Positions 19,766-29,015 of a DNA stretch of 41,941 nt are shown one piece after another (the stretch's first letter is position 1; the number at the start of each line of letters is the position of its first letter). The DNA is taken from assembly GCA_020052955.1 (NCBI GenBank), contig JAGVOB010000163.1:1-41941 (forward strand). Direction: 5' to 3'. Made by a program: the position numbers and the translations under genes. Source of the stretch: Candidatus Omnitrophota bacterium. GTDB lineage: Bacteria; Omnitrophota; Gorgyraeia; VGKN01. The notes beneath the pieces are model-generated. The model saw only the letters and a program-made list of their open reading frames with translations, had not been told where the DNA came from and ran no database searches.

Positions 19766-20687
19766 TATTCTTCTTTCTTATCCCAATAGAATTGAGGATT
19801 AACTTAAGGCTTAATTTACCCGCTTGAATATTCAATAATTTATTTCTAAACGAATTAACTATGGCACTTAGCACCTGCGAGTAATCATGCACGGATAGAT
19901 AATAAAGCCCTTTTTTGTAATATATCTGCGCTAATCTATTCTTCAAACTTTTCTTATAACGCGTATTAATCTCAGGATCTTTTTTAATCCAGTAATCCAA
20001 TATTGCAAAACTTTCATCAATAAGCTTTCTGTGCTTGGATATTATCGTATTACTCCCATGCACATAGTAAACAGCTAGCGGTTCATTAATATAATCAAAC
20101 TCATAATCCCGTGCTATCCTGAGAAACATCTCAAATTCTTCGTTGACTTCATAATTTGTATTAAAAGGCATAAACTTAACTAGGATATCCCTAGATAAGA
20201 TAGCCGTAAGCAAAGGGACAAAATTATCAGAAAAAAGATAACGGTAAAAAACGCTTCCCTTAGAAGGTTTTCTTTCTTTAAAACACCTGCCGATTATTTT
20301 GTTATTATTCCTTATATACGCATCGGCAAAGACCATCCCCAACTCGGGGTTTTTTTGGAAAAACAGCATTTGTTTCTCCAGCTTTAAATCAAGCCATTCA
20401 TCATCATGATCAATAAAAGCAATAAATTCGCCACGGGCCAAGCTGATTAGACGGTTACGTGTATCCGACAAACCGCGGTTGTCCTGATAATAATATCTAA
20501 TCCTGGCATCTCGCTGCTGCATTAAACGCACAATATCCCCTGTTTTGTCTTTAGAGCCATCATCGAGCACGATGATTTCTAAATTCTTGTAAGTCTGAGT
20601 TAGGACACTCATAATGGTGCGTTGGATAAATTTTTCAGCATTGTAGGCAGGGATAAGAACACTGACTTTTGGTATTTTTTCTTCCAT
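19740..20687 (-). CDS. GT2 family glycosyltransferase
   Basis: Motifs VSVLIPAYN, DDGSKD, N.G.S..RN, FIDHDD and KLEKQ. Confidence 0.92.
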   Translation of the reverse strand: MEEKIPKVSVLIPAYNAEKFIQRTIMSVLTQTYKNLEIIVLDDGSKDKTGDIVRLMQQRDARIRYYYQDNRGLSDTRNRLISLARGEFIAFIDHDDEWLDLKLEKQMLFFQKNPELGMVFADAYIRNNNKIIGRCFKERKPSKGSVFYRYLFSDNFVPLLTAILSRDILVKFMPFNTNYEVNEEFEMFLRIARDYEFDYINEPLAVYYVHGSNTIISKHRKLIDESFAILDYWIKKDPEINTRYKKSLKNRLAQIYYKKGLYYLSVHDYSQVLSAIVNSFRNKLLNIQAGKLSLKLILNSIGIRKKNNAESAICA

Positions 20688-20690
20688 ATA

Positions 20691-21821
20691 TTAAGGTTGT
20701 TTAAAGAATTTCTTTATGCTCGCGATTACCCGCTCGACAACATTATCTGTCATATCGCTATATAAAGGCAGGGTAAGTATCTCCTGCCAGACTTTTTCCG
20801 TAACCGGCAAAGAAACCGCATAACGTTTAAAAAAAGGCTGAAGGTGGTTAGGTATATAGTGCACCCCAGAATCGATCCCTTCTTTCTTCAAAAACTCCAT
20901 TAAGCCGTCCCTGCCTTTTTTGACTTTTACGATATAATTAAAGAAGGCTGTATTTTTATAATCGCGCTTTAAGACTTCGATCCCTTTAATCCTTTTAAAT
21001 TCCTTATCGTATATTTTAACTATCTTCTTCTTTTTCTCCAGAAACTCAGCCATTTTTTTAAACTGGGTTAATCCTATAGCCGCATTTATATTGCTCATAT
21101 GGTATCTGAAACCCAAAGTAGTGACATTATAAAACCAATCCCTCTTGTGTTTATAGCGGCTCCAGGTATCTTTATCAATGCCTAGAATCCTTTTTTTATA
21201 AATCAGCTGGGCAAGTTCATCATCGGGCGTAGTGATTGCCCCGCCCTCTCCGCAAGTGATATTTTTAATGGGGTCAAAACTAAAACAGGTCAAATCTCCA
21301 AAAGACCCAATTTTCTTTCCTTTGTAACTTGAGCCAAAGGCATGAGCAGCATCTTCTACGACTTTCAGATTATTCTTCCTGGCTATATCTAAAATAGCGT
21401 CCATATCGCAGGGCAGACCGCAGTAGTGCACCGGCATAATGGCCTTTGTCCTGAGGCTGATCTTTCTTTTTATATCCTTAACATCCGCGTTTAAGGTATC
21501 GGCGGATACCTCACAGAATACCGGCCTGGCCCCGCAGAGCATAATTGCCTGAATTGAAGCGGCAAAGGTTAAAGAAGGGACAATAACCTCATCGCCGCGT
21601 TTTACCCCTATCGCATCCAGAGCCAGATGAAGCGCGGTAGTCCCGGTATTTACCGCGATAGCATTCTTTGCCCCGGTAAAACCTTTAATTACGTTCTCAA
21701 ATTCAAAGACCCATTTTCCCAAACCCAGCCATCCGGTTTTAAAGACTTCATTGATTTCCGATAGCTCATCCTGGCCTATCGACGGCCTGGATACCGGTAT
21801 TAATTTCTCATAGTTTGACAT
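20691..21821 (-). CDS. DegT/DnrJ/EryC1/StrS sugar aminotransferase
   Basis: Motifs GTTALHLAL, PVHY.G, EDAAHA and SFDPIKNITCGEGG (PLP Lys). Start moved to ATG 21821, which follows a GGTGA RBS-like sequence and avoids overlap with the upstream gene. Confidence 0.92.
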   Translation of the reverse strand: MSNYEKLIPVSRPSIGQDELSEINEVFKTGWLGLGKWVFEFENVIKGFTGAKNAIAVNTGTTALHLALDAIGVKRGDEVIVPSLTFAASIQAIMLCGARPVFCEVSADTLNADVKDIKRKISLRTKAIMPVHYCGLPCDMDAILDIARKNNLKVVEDAAHAFGSSYKGKKIGSFGDLTCFSFDPIKNITCGEGGAITTPDDELAQLIYKKRILGIDKDTWSRYKHKRDWFYNVTTLGFRYHMSNINAAIGLTQFKKMAEFLEKKKKIVKIYDKEFKRIKGIEVLKRDYKNTAFFNYIVKVKKGRDGLMEFLKKEGIDSGVHYIPNHLQPFFKRYAVSLPVTEKVWQEILTLPLYSDMTDNVVERVIASIKKFFKQP

Positions 21822-21825
21822 ATTT

Positions 21826-22616
21826 TCACCATTTTTTAGAATGCAAAATTGCAACGTATTGATAAGGATGAACTGACATTTCTTTGTGTATTATAAATCC
21901 CGCTTTTCTATACAACCTTCTTAATTCTCCTCTGGTCCGTCCCCACCCATGGAATTTACCACGATATTCTTTATTAACAGGCAATTTACCAAAAATCCTT
22001 CTGACTAGAGTTGATTCCTTAGTAGGCAATATACAAAACATTGTAATCAATTTCTTTATACTTATGTATCCACCATGAAAATCTATAATCTGTCTAACTC
22101 CCAGCTTCTTCAACTTACGAAAAGTGTCTATAAATAATACATCGTCCATTACATAACTAGCGCCAAAAAAAATTACCATATCGATACCCCCCCCGCAACA
22201 TCTAATAATCCTACTATATTGTCATTAAAGAAGTCAAAAACAACCGGGGTAATGCTCGGAAATAGAAATTTAGCTTTTTTAATCATATAAGCATCAAAAT
22301 CTGCCGCTATTATTCTTGTCTTTGGAGGAACGGCGCAAGATAGTAAATACTCAAGAACGCAATGCCCTGCCCCTAAAGATAAAATACTGTTCAGTTTATT
22401 ATCGTTTATATAACGAATTAAGAAAGCGAGAGAATTTAGTTTTTCCGGATTCCTGGAAAGATACCAGTATAGAAGCAACTCTTTATTCCTGAATATATCG
22501 CTAAATTCGTTTTCGATAACATAGGCGTGTTCCTCGGCGGTAAACTGCCTGCCATTATTATCAACGTCTTTAAGTAAGTCTAATTTGTGGCTTTTAGTAT
22601 AGAGTTTTATTTTCAT
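21826..22616 (-). pseudogene. Class I methyltransferase-like gene frameshifted at a G8 tract (possibly phase-variable)
   Basis: ORF 22173..22616 has ILSLGAG and AADFD. ORF 21826..22179 supplies the C-terminal half. G9 or G6 at 22187-22194 fuses them. Confidence 0.75.
22187..22194 (-). repeat. Poly-G8 homopolymer at the frameshift junction
   Basis: The plus strand reads tcgata-CCCCCCCC-gcaac, in an otherwise AT-rich gene. Confidence 0.85.
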
Positions 22617-22628
22617 CTTGTTTATTTT

Positions 22629-24104
22629 TTAACTCTTTAACGCTATAACGCATTTACGGATCATACTTACGGGGTCACTGAACATTTTTTCTGATATTTT
22701 TTTCGCCAAAAGGACCGGATGCTCCGCATAAAAAGCCTTCTGTAGGTACAACCACCCCGCTTCGAAAACTTTCTTTAACTCTTCACCGTTCCAATCCTGG
22801 GTTGAAATACTGTAGCTTCCGATATACAAATCGTCAAACGAATAATCTGGCTTGATATACCCCTTATCCAGGCATATTTTATACAATTCAGATCCGGGAT
22901 ACGGGGTAGCGATGGAAATAAACGGCTGGTACATCTTAAGGCTCCTGGCAAATTTAAATGTATCCCACATCTGCTTAATAGTCTCTCCGGGCATGCCCAG
23001 TATCAGGAAGATGCCGACATTAAGGCCTACCCCCCTAGCATATTCAACCAAAGGCTTTATTTTTTTCAGGTCCAACGGCTTTTTAATCACATTCTTTAAA
23101 ACATCGGGATTCCCGGATTCAATAGCCAGGTTTAACTGATAACACCCGGCATCCTTCATTTTTCTGATAAGCGGCTCATTCAGGGAAAAAGCAGCTACCC
23201 CATTAGGCGTATCCCACTCAAAACCTAATTTCTCCTCTACCATTAAATCAAAGATTCTCTCGGCCCGTCCGATATCCAAAGTTACATTGTCATCTTCAAA
23301 CATCAATTCCTTAATGCCGTAGTCATTCTTCAGTCGCTTCATCTCGGCGATTACATTCTCAGGGGAACGCCTGCGGTATCCTCTGCCCCAGACATGATGC
23401 GCAGTGCAGAAAGTACAGCCTGCAGGACAGCCACGGGAGGTAATAATGGGGGCGAAACACCTATGCCTTCTCTTGCCATGCGAAGACTCTAAGCCAAAAT
23501 ATTTCGCAAAATTTAGCAAATGCCAAGCAGGAAAAGGCAAAGTATCCAAGTTTTCTATGAACCTGGTTTTGGGTATTATTTTAACGCTGCCGTTTATGCG
23601 CATGGCAATGCCATCAATCTCATCTATACTTTTTTGCCCTTCCATGTATTCTATTAAATCTTTCGCCGTATTTTCCCCTTCGCCCAAAACGACAAAATCA
23701 ACGTTATTATCCTGCATAACCAACTCCGACATCACCGTAGGGTGCGCTCCGCCGGCAACTGTTATAATATTAGGGTTTACCTCCTTAACCAAGGCATAAA
23801 TGCTGTGGGCATTCTTTCTTTGCCTGGAAAATAGATTATTAACCCCTACAAGATCTGGGCCAAAATCGGATATCTGCCGTTTAACTTCCTCAGGCGTTAC
23901 CCCTATTTGGATGATTTCTGGGTTAATCTCTCTCCTGTTATTCCAACCCTCTATAAGGCAATCATAAATCTTGACCTCTATCCCCATCTTCTCAAGCACA
24001 GCCGCAATATAAGCCAACCCTAGAGGCGGTAAGGGATTTATATCTAAGTTATCCTTAAAAGTAAATGCAGGAGGATTAAATAACAAAACCTTTTTTATTT
24101 TCAT
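22629..24104 (-). CDS. Cobalamin-binding radical SAM protein
   Basis: Motifs PPLGLAYIAA, GGAHPT, GEGE, RGCPAGCTFC, FEDDN, IESG and PYPGSELY. The likely start is MKIKKV at 24104. Confidence 0.9.
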   Translation of the reverse strand: MKIKKVLLFNPPAFTFKDNLDINPLPPLGLAYIAAVLEKMGIEVKIYDCLIEGWNNRREINPEIIQIGVTPEEVKRQISDFGPDLVGVNNLFSRQRKNAHSIYALVKEVNPNIITVAGGAHPTVMSELVMQDNNVDFVVLGEGENTAKDLIEYMEGQKSIDEIDGIAMRINGSVKIIPKTRFIENLDTLPFPAWHLLNFAKYFGLESSHGKRRHRCFAPIITSRGCPAGCTFCTAHHVWGRGYRRRSPENVIAEMKRLKNDYGIKELMFEDDNVTLDIGRAERIFDLMVEEKLGFEWDTPNGVAAFSLNEPLIRKMKDAGCYQLNLAIESGNPDVLKNVIKKPLDLKKIKPLVEYARGVGLNVGIFLILGMPGETIKQMWDTFKFARSLKMYQPFISIATPYPGSELYKICLDKGYIKPDYSFDDLYIGSYSISTQDWNGEELKKVFEAGWLYLQKAFYAEHPVLLAKKISEKMFSDPVSMIRKCVIALKS

Positions 24105-24105
24105 T

Positions 24106-26166
24106 TTATTTCCCAAAATCAATATCGAATAAATCACTCAAAACAGGCCTATCACATACAAGATAGCTGGCCTTATCCCTGTAAGACGGGTAAACTTTAG
24201 CATTATGGGCAAAAAGCGCCAACTTCAAAAAATAATCCATAGCCCCAGTTTCAATTCCAGACTTGCTGCAATAATCTACCAGATGTCGGTTAATTAAATC
24301 TACCCCTCCTACCTTCTTTAAATATCCGCCGAAACCAATATCCCGAGTACGGCTTTTATAGTCCATAAGGAATGGATGAAAAATCAAAGTAGCCAAGTCA
24401 AAAGTCGGCAGCCCCTCCTGTTCAAAATGCTCGAAATCTACAACTCGAATCTGATTATATTCACCGCGCATTATATTAGAATAAAAATCAAAATCCCCGT
24501 GAATAGCGCACATTTTCAGCTTAAGCCCTGCAAATTCTGCCTTCCTTGTAAAATATTGACTCATCTTTCTTTTAAGTAAATCATCCTCGATACCCTGATC
24601 TTTTCCTTTTAAGCCAGCCAGATAATCACGGACAGAAAGTTCCCGGGTAAAGGTGCTACGCTGAAAATCTATCAGGAAATCAAGGCTCAATTTTACGGCC
24701 TGGTTAAATACATTACAATTGCGCCTGGAAACATTTCTAACCTTAAATGCCTGGCAATCAAGGTAATTTGTAACCAAGAAACTTATGCCGTCAATGCTAC
24801 CGTAATACAAAACAGATGGTATCTTATTCCTTAGTCCGATATCGGTTAAAAGTTTATTTACTGTCAAAAGGTTTTTAGATTCATCATCCAAAGCCTCCGC
24901 GCAACCCTTGCTGCGGGATATCTTACAAAAAAATAAAGGTTTACCCGCATGCCTATCATAAATCAGGCAGTTTAACGGTAGGCCATCACCAGACCTATTC
25001 TTTAATAAAATTGGCTCAATTCCGGCTTCCCCTGCTTTTAAAACACCCGCTTTTTTAAGCAAACTAATAATTCTGGGGTCCGAAATTTCTCCGGAGTCTT
25101 TTTTAGCGATAGCAATGAGGCTCGGAGAAAAGAATTTCATTATTGAACGCGGAACAATACTGAAAAAAATCTTCACCCGCTTGCCGCCGCAGGAAATAAT
25201 AAGTTTTTTAAAATTGGCGATTAAATCAAAACAGACAATCCTGTTGGGAGATATGTAATGAGGAAACGCGCCGTACATTTTTAGTCCGGCATACCCGGCC
25301 TTTTTTAATATATTTTTGCAGCCCATACTTGAATATATATAAGTCCTGTAACTATGCCCCTTCTTAAGCCTAGTTATTAAATCGGCTATAAACCGGGGCA
25401 GAAAAGGAACAAACCTGATATTTACATGGTCGTCAGGATAACCCATAAGGTATTGACAACCTATCCGGTTCTCTATCGCCAGAAAAAGATAGCCGCAAGG
25501 CTTAGTAACTCTTCTTAACTCTTTCAAAACCGCTACCTGCATAGAAAATGGATTCTTCGGGTATTTCTTGTTGCCTGACACCCTGTTGTTCCATTGCCTT
25601 TCCAGTATTACATCCTGTCTAAATGCCGCCCATTCCAATACTCCATTAAGTATTACTAAATCAAAATAATTATCAAGAAAAGGCAGCCTGTCCAGAGTCG
25701 CGGCCATAGGATATATATTATCAAAACCCATCTGCCGGGCGCGTATATTCAGAAAAGAAAGAGTTTCTACGGTTTTATCTACAGCAAATACCTGTCTGAC
25801 AAACTGGGCAACAGGAATTGTCAATCCTCCCCACATACTCCCGGCATCCAATACTCGCGCCTGGGCATCAATAGGCCAAATAAACTGAGCATCCGCCCTG
25901 TCAAAACTTTCAAAATGCTCCAGGTACTCTGGGATAACCGACTTCGCTGCTGACTGCCAATCATTCATTTCACGGGCCTTGTGATTCAATAGCTGCATTT
26001 TATCCCGGGAAACATTACACCAATATTCGTCATTTCTCCTAAAATCCGGGATATTGTCTATAACCGGATATTCTTTCCTACAGATAGCACAGGAAAAGGC
26101 GTTTTCCTTTTCCGTGATATCACTATGACAATCAGGACAGACTAACTTATGATTTTGAGAAAACAT
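24106..26166 (-). CDS. Trm112-like zinc ribbon::class I methyltransferase::APH/choline-kinase-like phosphotransferase fusion
   Basis: N-terminal LVCPDC...CAIC..YPV..IPDF, SAM motif VLDAGSMWGG with GVLEW and IENR, and C-terminal kinase motifs HGDF....N and VVDFE. Confidence 0.8.
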   Translation of the reverse strand: MFSQNHKLVCPDCHSDITEKENAFSCAICRKEYPVIDNIPDFRRNDEYWCNVSRDKMQLLNHKAREMNDWQSAAKSVIPEYLEHFESFDRADAQFIWPIDAQARVLDAGSMWGGLTIPVAQFVRQVFAVDKTVETLSFLNIRARQMGFDNIYPMAATLDRLPFLDNYFDLVILNGVLEWAAFRQDVILERQWNNRVSGNKKYPKNPFSMQVAVLKELRRVTKPCGYLFLAIENRIGCQYLMGYPDDHVNIRFVPFLPRFIADLITRLKKGHSYRTYIYSSMGCKNILKKAGYAGLKMYGAFPHYISPNRIVCFDLIANFKKLIISCGGKRVKIFFSIVPRSIMKFFSPSLIAIAKKDSGEISDPRIISLLKKAGVLKAGEAGIEPILLKNRSGDGLPLNCLIYDRHAGKPLFFCKISRSKGCAEALDDESKNLLTVNKLLTDIGLRNKIPSVLYYGSIDGISFLVTNYLDCQAFKVRNVSRRNCNVFNQAVKLSLDFLIDFQRSTFTRELSVRDYLAGLKGKDQGIEDDLLKRKMSQYFTRKAEFAGLKLKMCAIHGDFDFYSNIMRGEYNQIRVVDFEHFEQEGLPTFDLATLIFHPFLMDYKSRTRDIGFGGYLKKVGGVDLINRHLVDYCSKSGIETGAMDYFLKLALFAHNAKVYPSYRDKASYLVCDRPVLSDLFDIDFGK

Positions 26167-26169
26167 AGG

Positions 26170-27057
26170 TTAATTTTTGCCAATAGTAATATCATCTTTA
26201 TATAAATCACTTCGCGCATGCACTGTTATTTTAAGTCTGTTTAACTCCTCTTCCGCCCATCCGCCGCGGTATAAAATAAGAAGCCGCATAATAAAAATGT
26301 AGGCCTGCCAGAATAGAAAAGAAAGATAATATACCCATAAAATAGAAACCGAAAAAATAATTTCTATCACCAATAATAAACAAATTATGTCAATTGTACG
26401 CGCGTTATGCTCGAAGATAGCGTCGATTTTATTTTTTAAAAGTGTAAGCTTTGATTTACGGAGATCATTACCGATTACGTCCGCTGACTCCTGCTTATTG
26501 CCTGCGTAGGATGCGTTATATTCCTGCAGTTCATTCTTAGATAAGTAATGGTAAATAAACCGCTGTCTGGCTATGGAGTAGATATCCACCGCGAAGAAAA
26601 AAGGCGAGAGCGGACAAAGAATATAGAATAAATGGTGCACTGTGCGCCCTAAGTAAATCCCCATGCCAACCCAGAGTGCGGCCCATCCCAGATAAGCCCC
26701 ATAAGAGTCTAAAATATCTCCGGTGATTGACGTCTGTTTTAATTCCCGGGCTAGCGGCCCATCCGCCCAGTCCAGAAAAGGGCGCAGATAGAGTAACAGC
26801 ACTGCGGTTAAGACTGCCTTTTGAGAAGGAATAGCCAGAAAAACACCGGACAAAAGACCCATAAGAAGATACATAAATGTTACTGCGTTTGGCCTTATTT
26901 TTAGCTTTAGAAATAGCTGGATAAGCACAGCGCAGACGTTTACATAGACTACGGTTTTAATTTTTCGGTATGAGTATGGCTTCCAGAGGGCAATATAACT
27001 GTAATATTTATAGATATAGTCGTATTGATCCTGTTTTAATTCTCGTATGCTTTTCAT
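26170..27057 (-). CDS. CDP-alcohol phosphotransferase family membrane protein
   Basis: PNAVT, the signature DWADGPLAR-x8-G-x3-D, and hydrophobic helices. Confidence 0.85.
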   Translation of the reverse strand: MKSIRELKQDQYDYIYKYYSYIALWKPYSYRKIKTVVYVNVCAVLIQLFLKLKIRPNAVTFMYLLMGLLSGVFLAIPSQKAVLTAVLLLYLRPFLDWADGPLARELKQTSITGDILDSYGAYLGWAALWVGMGIYLGRTVHHLFYILCPLSPFFFAVDIYSIARQRFIYHYLSKNELQEYNASYAGNKQESADVIGNDLRKSKLTLLKNKIDAIFEHNARTIDIICLLLVIEIIFSVSILWVYYLSFLFWQAYIFIMRLLILYRGGWAEEELNRLKITVHARSDLYKDDITIGKN

Positions 27058-27063
27058 TTTTCG

Positions 27064-28314
27064 TTACCCTACCAGCAAAAGGCCTATACGGTAGAATTTA
27101 TTGGCCACGGGAAATTTCAGTTCTATGCCTAATTTTGCCACAGTCTTTACCACATCAACACCTACAGCTTCCAGCGGTATCCGCGCAAGATTGGGGAACC
27201 GGCACTTAGCGGCGCATTCATTGCATAATTTACAAGAACCTCCGATAAAAGACTGCGCGAAATGATAACTATGAGTAAACGCGAATTTCTCCAAATCCAA
27301 AAGAATGCGGTGTAATTTAACCGTAGATTCCTGTTTTATCTTTTTCCAATCTTCTCCTATTGCAGATTGTAATGCCACGATTAACCCTTTCTTGTAGCTT
27401 AAAAACATTTTTTGATAGTCAAGTTTCGGTATGTGCGGCGGACAGGTTAATTTTTTATTGTGATTAACGCAGTTATAGCAAAAGAGTTTCACCTTGGGAT
27501 CAAAAACGATATCCTTAGGATTAATAGGTAATACCTGTGTGGCCCCCAGGCTAAGAGCATGCTCCTTTAGTTTATCAAGCGCGCTAAAGATGTTGTTCAT
27601 TCTCTTAAACTCTTCAATACTATCAACCTCCATCCAGTTGAATCCATAAGTCGACACTGCGCGAAAAATATACTTAGGCAAAAGCTCATCAATGACATCT
27701 TCGTAAATAATCTTTCTCTTACCCATCTTCACCAGTTCACCCATTCTCTTTATAAAATCATTATTGCCTGCGCTTATCTTACCGATACCGATTGAACGGC
27801 CAAAAATCCCCTTGGCCGATAAAGGAACGTTTCTTCCTATGCGCACAATGCGGTTATGCGCAACTTTGACTTTATTCTCGCGCGGACTGACGTTATAATC
27901 AAAATCGACCAAAAGAAGGTTTTCCTTTGAACTCTTTGAATGGATAAGCTTCTCCAGTAATTCTTTTTCGCAGATAATATCACCGTCTATCAGGAGAAAA
28001 GGCTTAAGCAGGTATTTACGGCACAACCACAAAGAATATATTACGTTTGTAGTTAAAAAATCTTTATTCTCTATGCAAATTATCTCCCTAAACCATACTC
28101 TTTTTTTAATCTCCTTTAACTCCTTAAAGACCAGCTCTTTTTTATGCCCAACAACAATTATGATCTTTTCAATTTTTTTTAAGGATACCAGTTTTTCTAC
28201 CATATTTTCCAAGATAGTCTGATTATCTGCCAACCGGAAAAGGCACTGGTGCATCTGATTAGTATAAGGTAAAAGCTTCTTTTCCTTTCCCGCTACAAGT
28301 ATTATGGCATTCAT
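27064..28314 (-). CDS. LicC-like nucleotidyltransferase (degenerate motif) fused to a Cys-rich DUF2284-like metal-binding domain
   Basis: N-terminal MNAIILVAG, N...SL, DGD and WMEVDS. C-terminal CYNC...TCPP and GGSCKLCNEC...CRFP..AR..LEA.G.DV. Confidence 0.75.
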   Translation of the reverse strand: MNAIILVAGKEKKLLPYTNQMHQCLFRLADNQTILENMVEKLVSLKKIEKIIIVVGHKKELVFKELKEIKKRVWFREIICIENKDFLTTNVIYSLWLCRKYLLKPFLLIDGDIICEKELLEKLIHSKSSKENLLLVDFDYNVSPRENKVKVAHNRIVRIGRNVPLSAKGIFGRSIGIGKISAGNNDFIKRMGELVKMGKRKIIYEDVIDELLPKYIFRAVSTYGFNWMEVDSIEEFKRMNNIFSALDKLKEHALSLGATQVLPINPKDIVFDPKVKLFCYNCVNHNKKLTCPPHIPKLDYQKMFLSYKKGLIVALQSAIGEDWKKIKQESTVKLHRILLDLEKFAFTHSYHFAQSFIGGSCKLCNECAAKCRFPNLARIPLEAVGVDVVKTVAKLGIELKFPVANKFYRIGLLLVG

Positions 28315-28316
28315 AG

Positions 28317-29015
28317 CTATTTTTTTGTAATCTTCTTTAGGCTGACCAGGTCTTCGGGGGTATCAATCTCATGCCAGAAGAATGAATTAATGAGTATAGG
28401 CTTAACCCCGAACCCTTTGCCGGCCATTTCGCTTACCACATCTTCATACCAATCATTCCATCGTCCTTGCTCCAGCCATTTTTCTAACATCCTGCCGAAC
28501 AATTTAAGGTAGTTATAACTTATTTTTGTGATCCCTGAATATACCCCAAAAGTCAACTTATCAGGAATATCCATAGCCATTTTTATTATCCTGCCTCTAT
28601 TAAGCCTTACCCGATATCCGCCTTTCTCCCTCTGCTTTACCAATACCGAAAGATTAGCCTTGTCTTTAATTATCTTCTTTAATAACGCGGATTCCAGAAT
28701 TATATCGCTGTTCATAAAAATCAAATCGCCATTCCACTTGCTCATAGACAACCATACCGAGATAATACTGTTGGAATGGGCGTAAAAGGGGTTGAAAATA
28801 ACCTCAACCCCTTTAAATCTTCGGCAAAATAATTTCACCTTCTTGGCCTGAAACCCGCAAACTATCAGGATATCTTTTATGCCGCAGGAATTTAAAAGCC
28901 CTATCTGCCTTTCCAAGAGAGCCTTACCGCCCACCTTTACCATGCACTTTGGCAAGTTTTGTGTATATGGCTTCAAGCGTCTGCCCATACCCGCGGCAAG
29001 TATTATCGCCTTCAT
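28317..29015 (-). CDS. Phosphocholine cytidylyltransferase (LicC/PntC)-like nucleotidyltransferase
   Basis: Motifs MKAIILAAGMGRRL...PKC, N..Y...NS..S, NSD and WHEIDTPED. Confidence 0.88.
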   Translation of the reverse strand: MKAIILAAGMGRRLKPYTQNLPKCMVKVGGKALLERQIGLLNSCGIKDILIVCGFQAKKVKLFCRRFKGVEVIFNPFYAHSNSIISVWLSMSKWNGDLIFMNSDIILESALLKKIIKDKANLSVLVKQREKGGYRVRLNRGRIIKMAMDIPDKLTFGVYSGITKISYNYLKLFGRMLEKWLEQGRWNDWYEDVVSEMAGKGFGVKPILINSFFWHEIDTPEDLVSLKKITKK

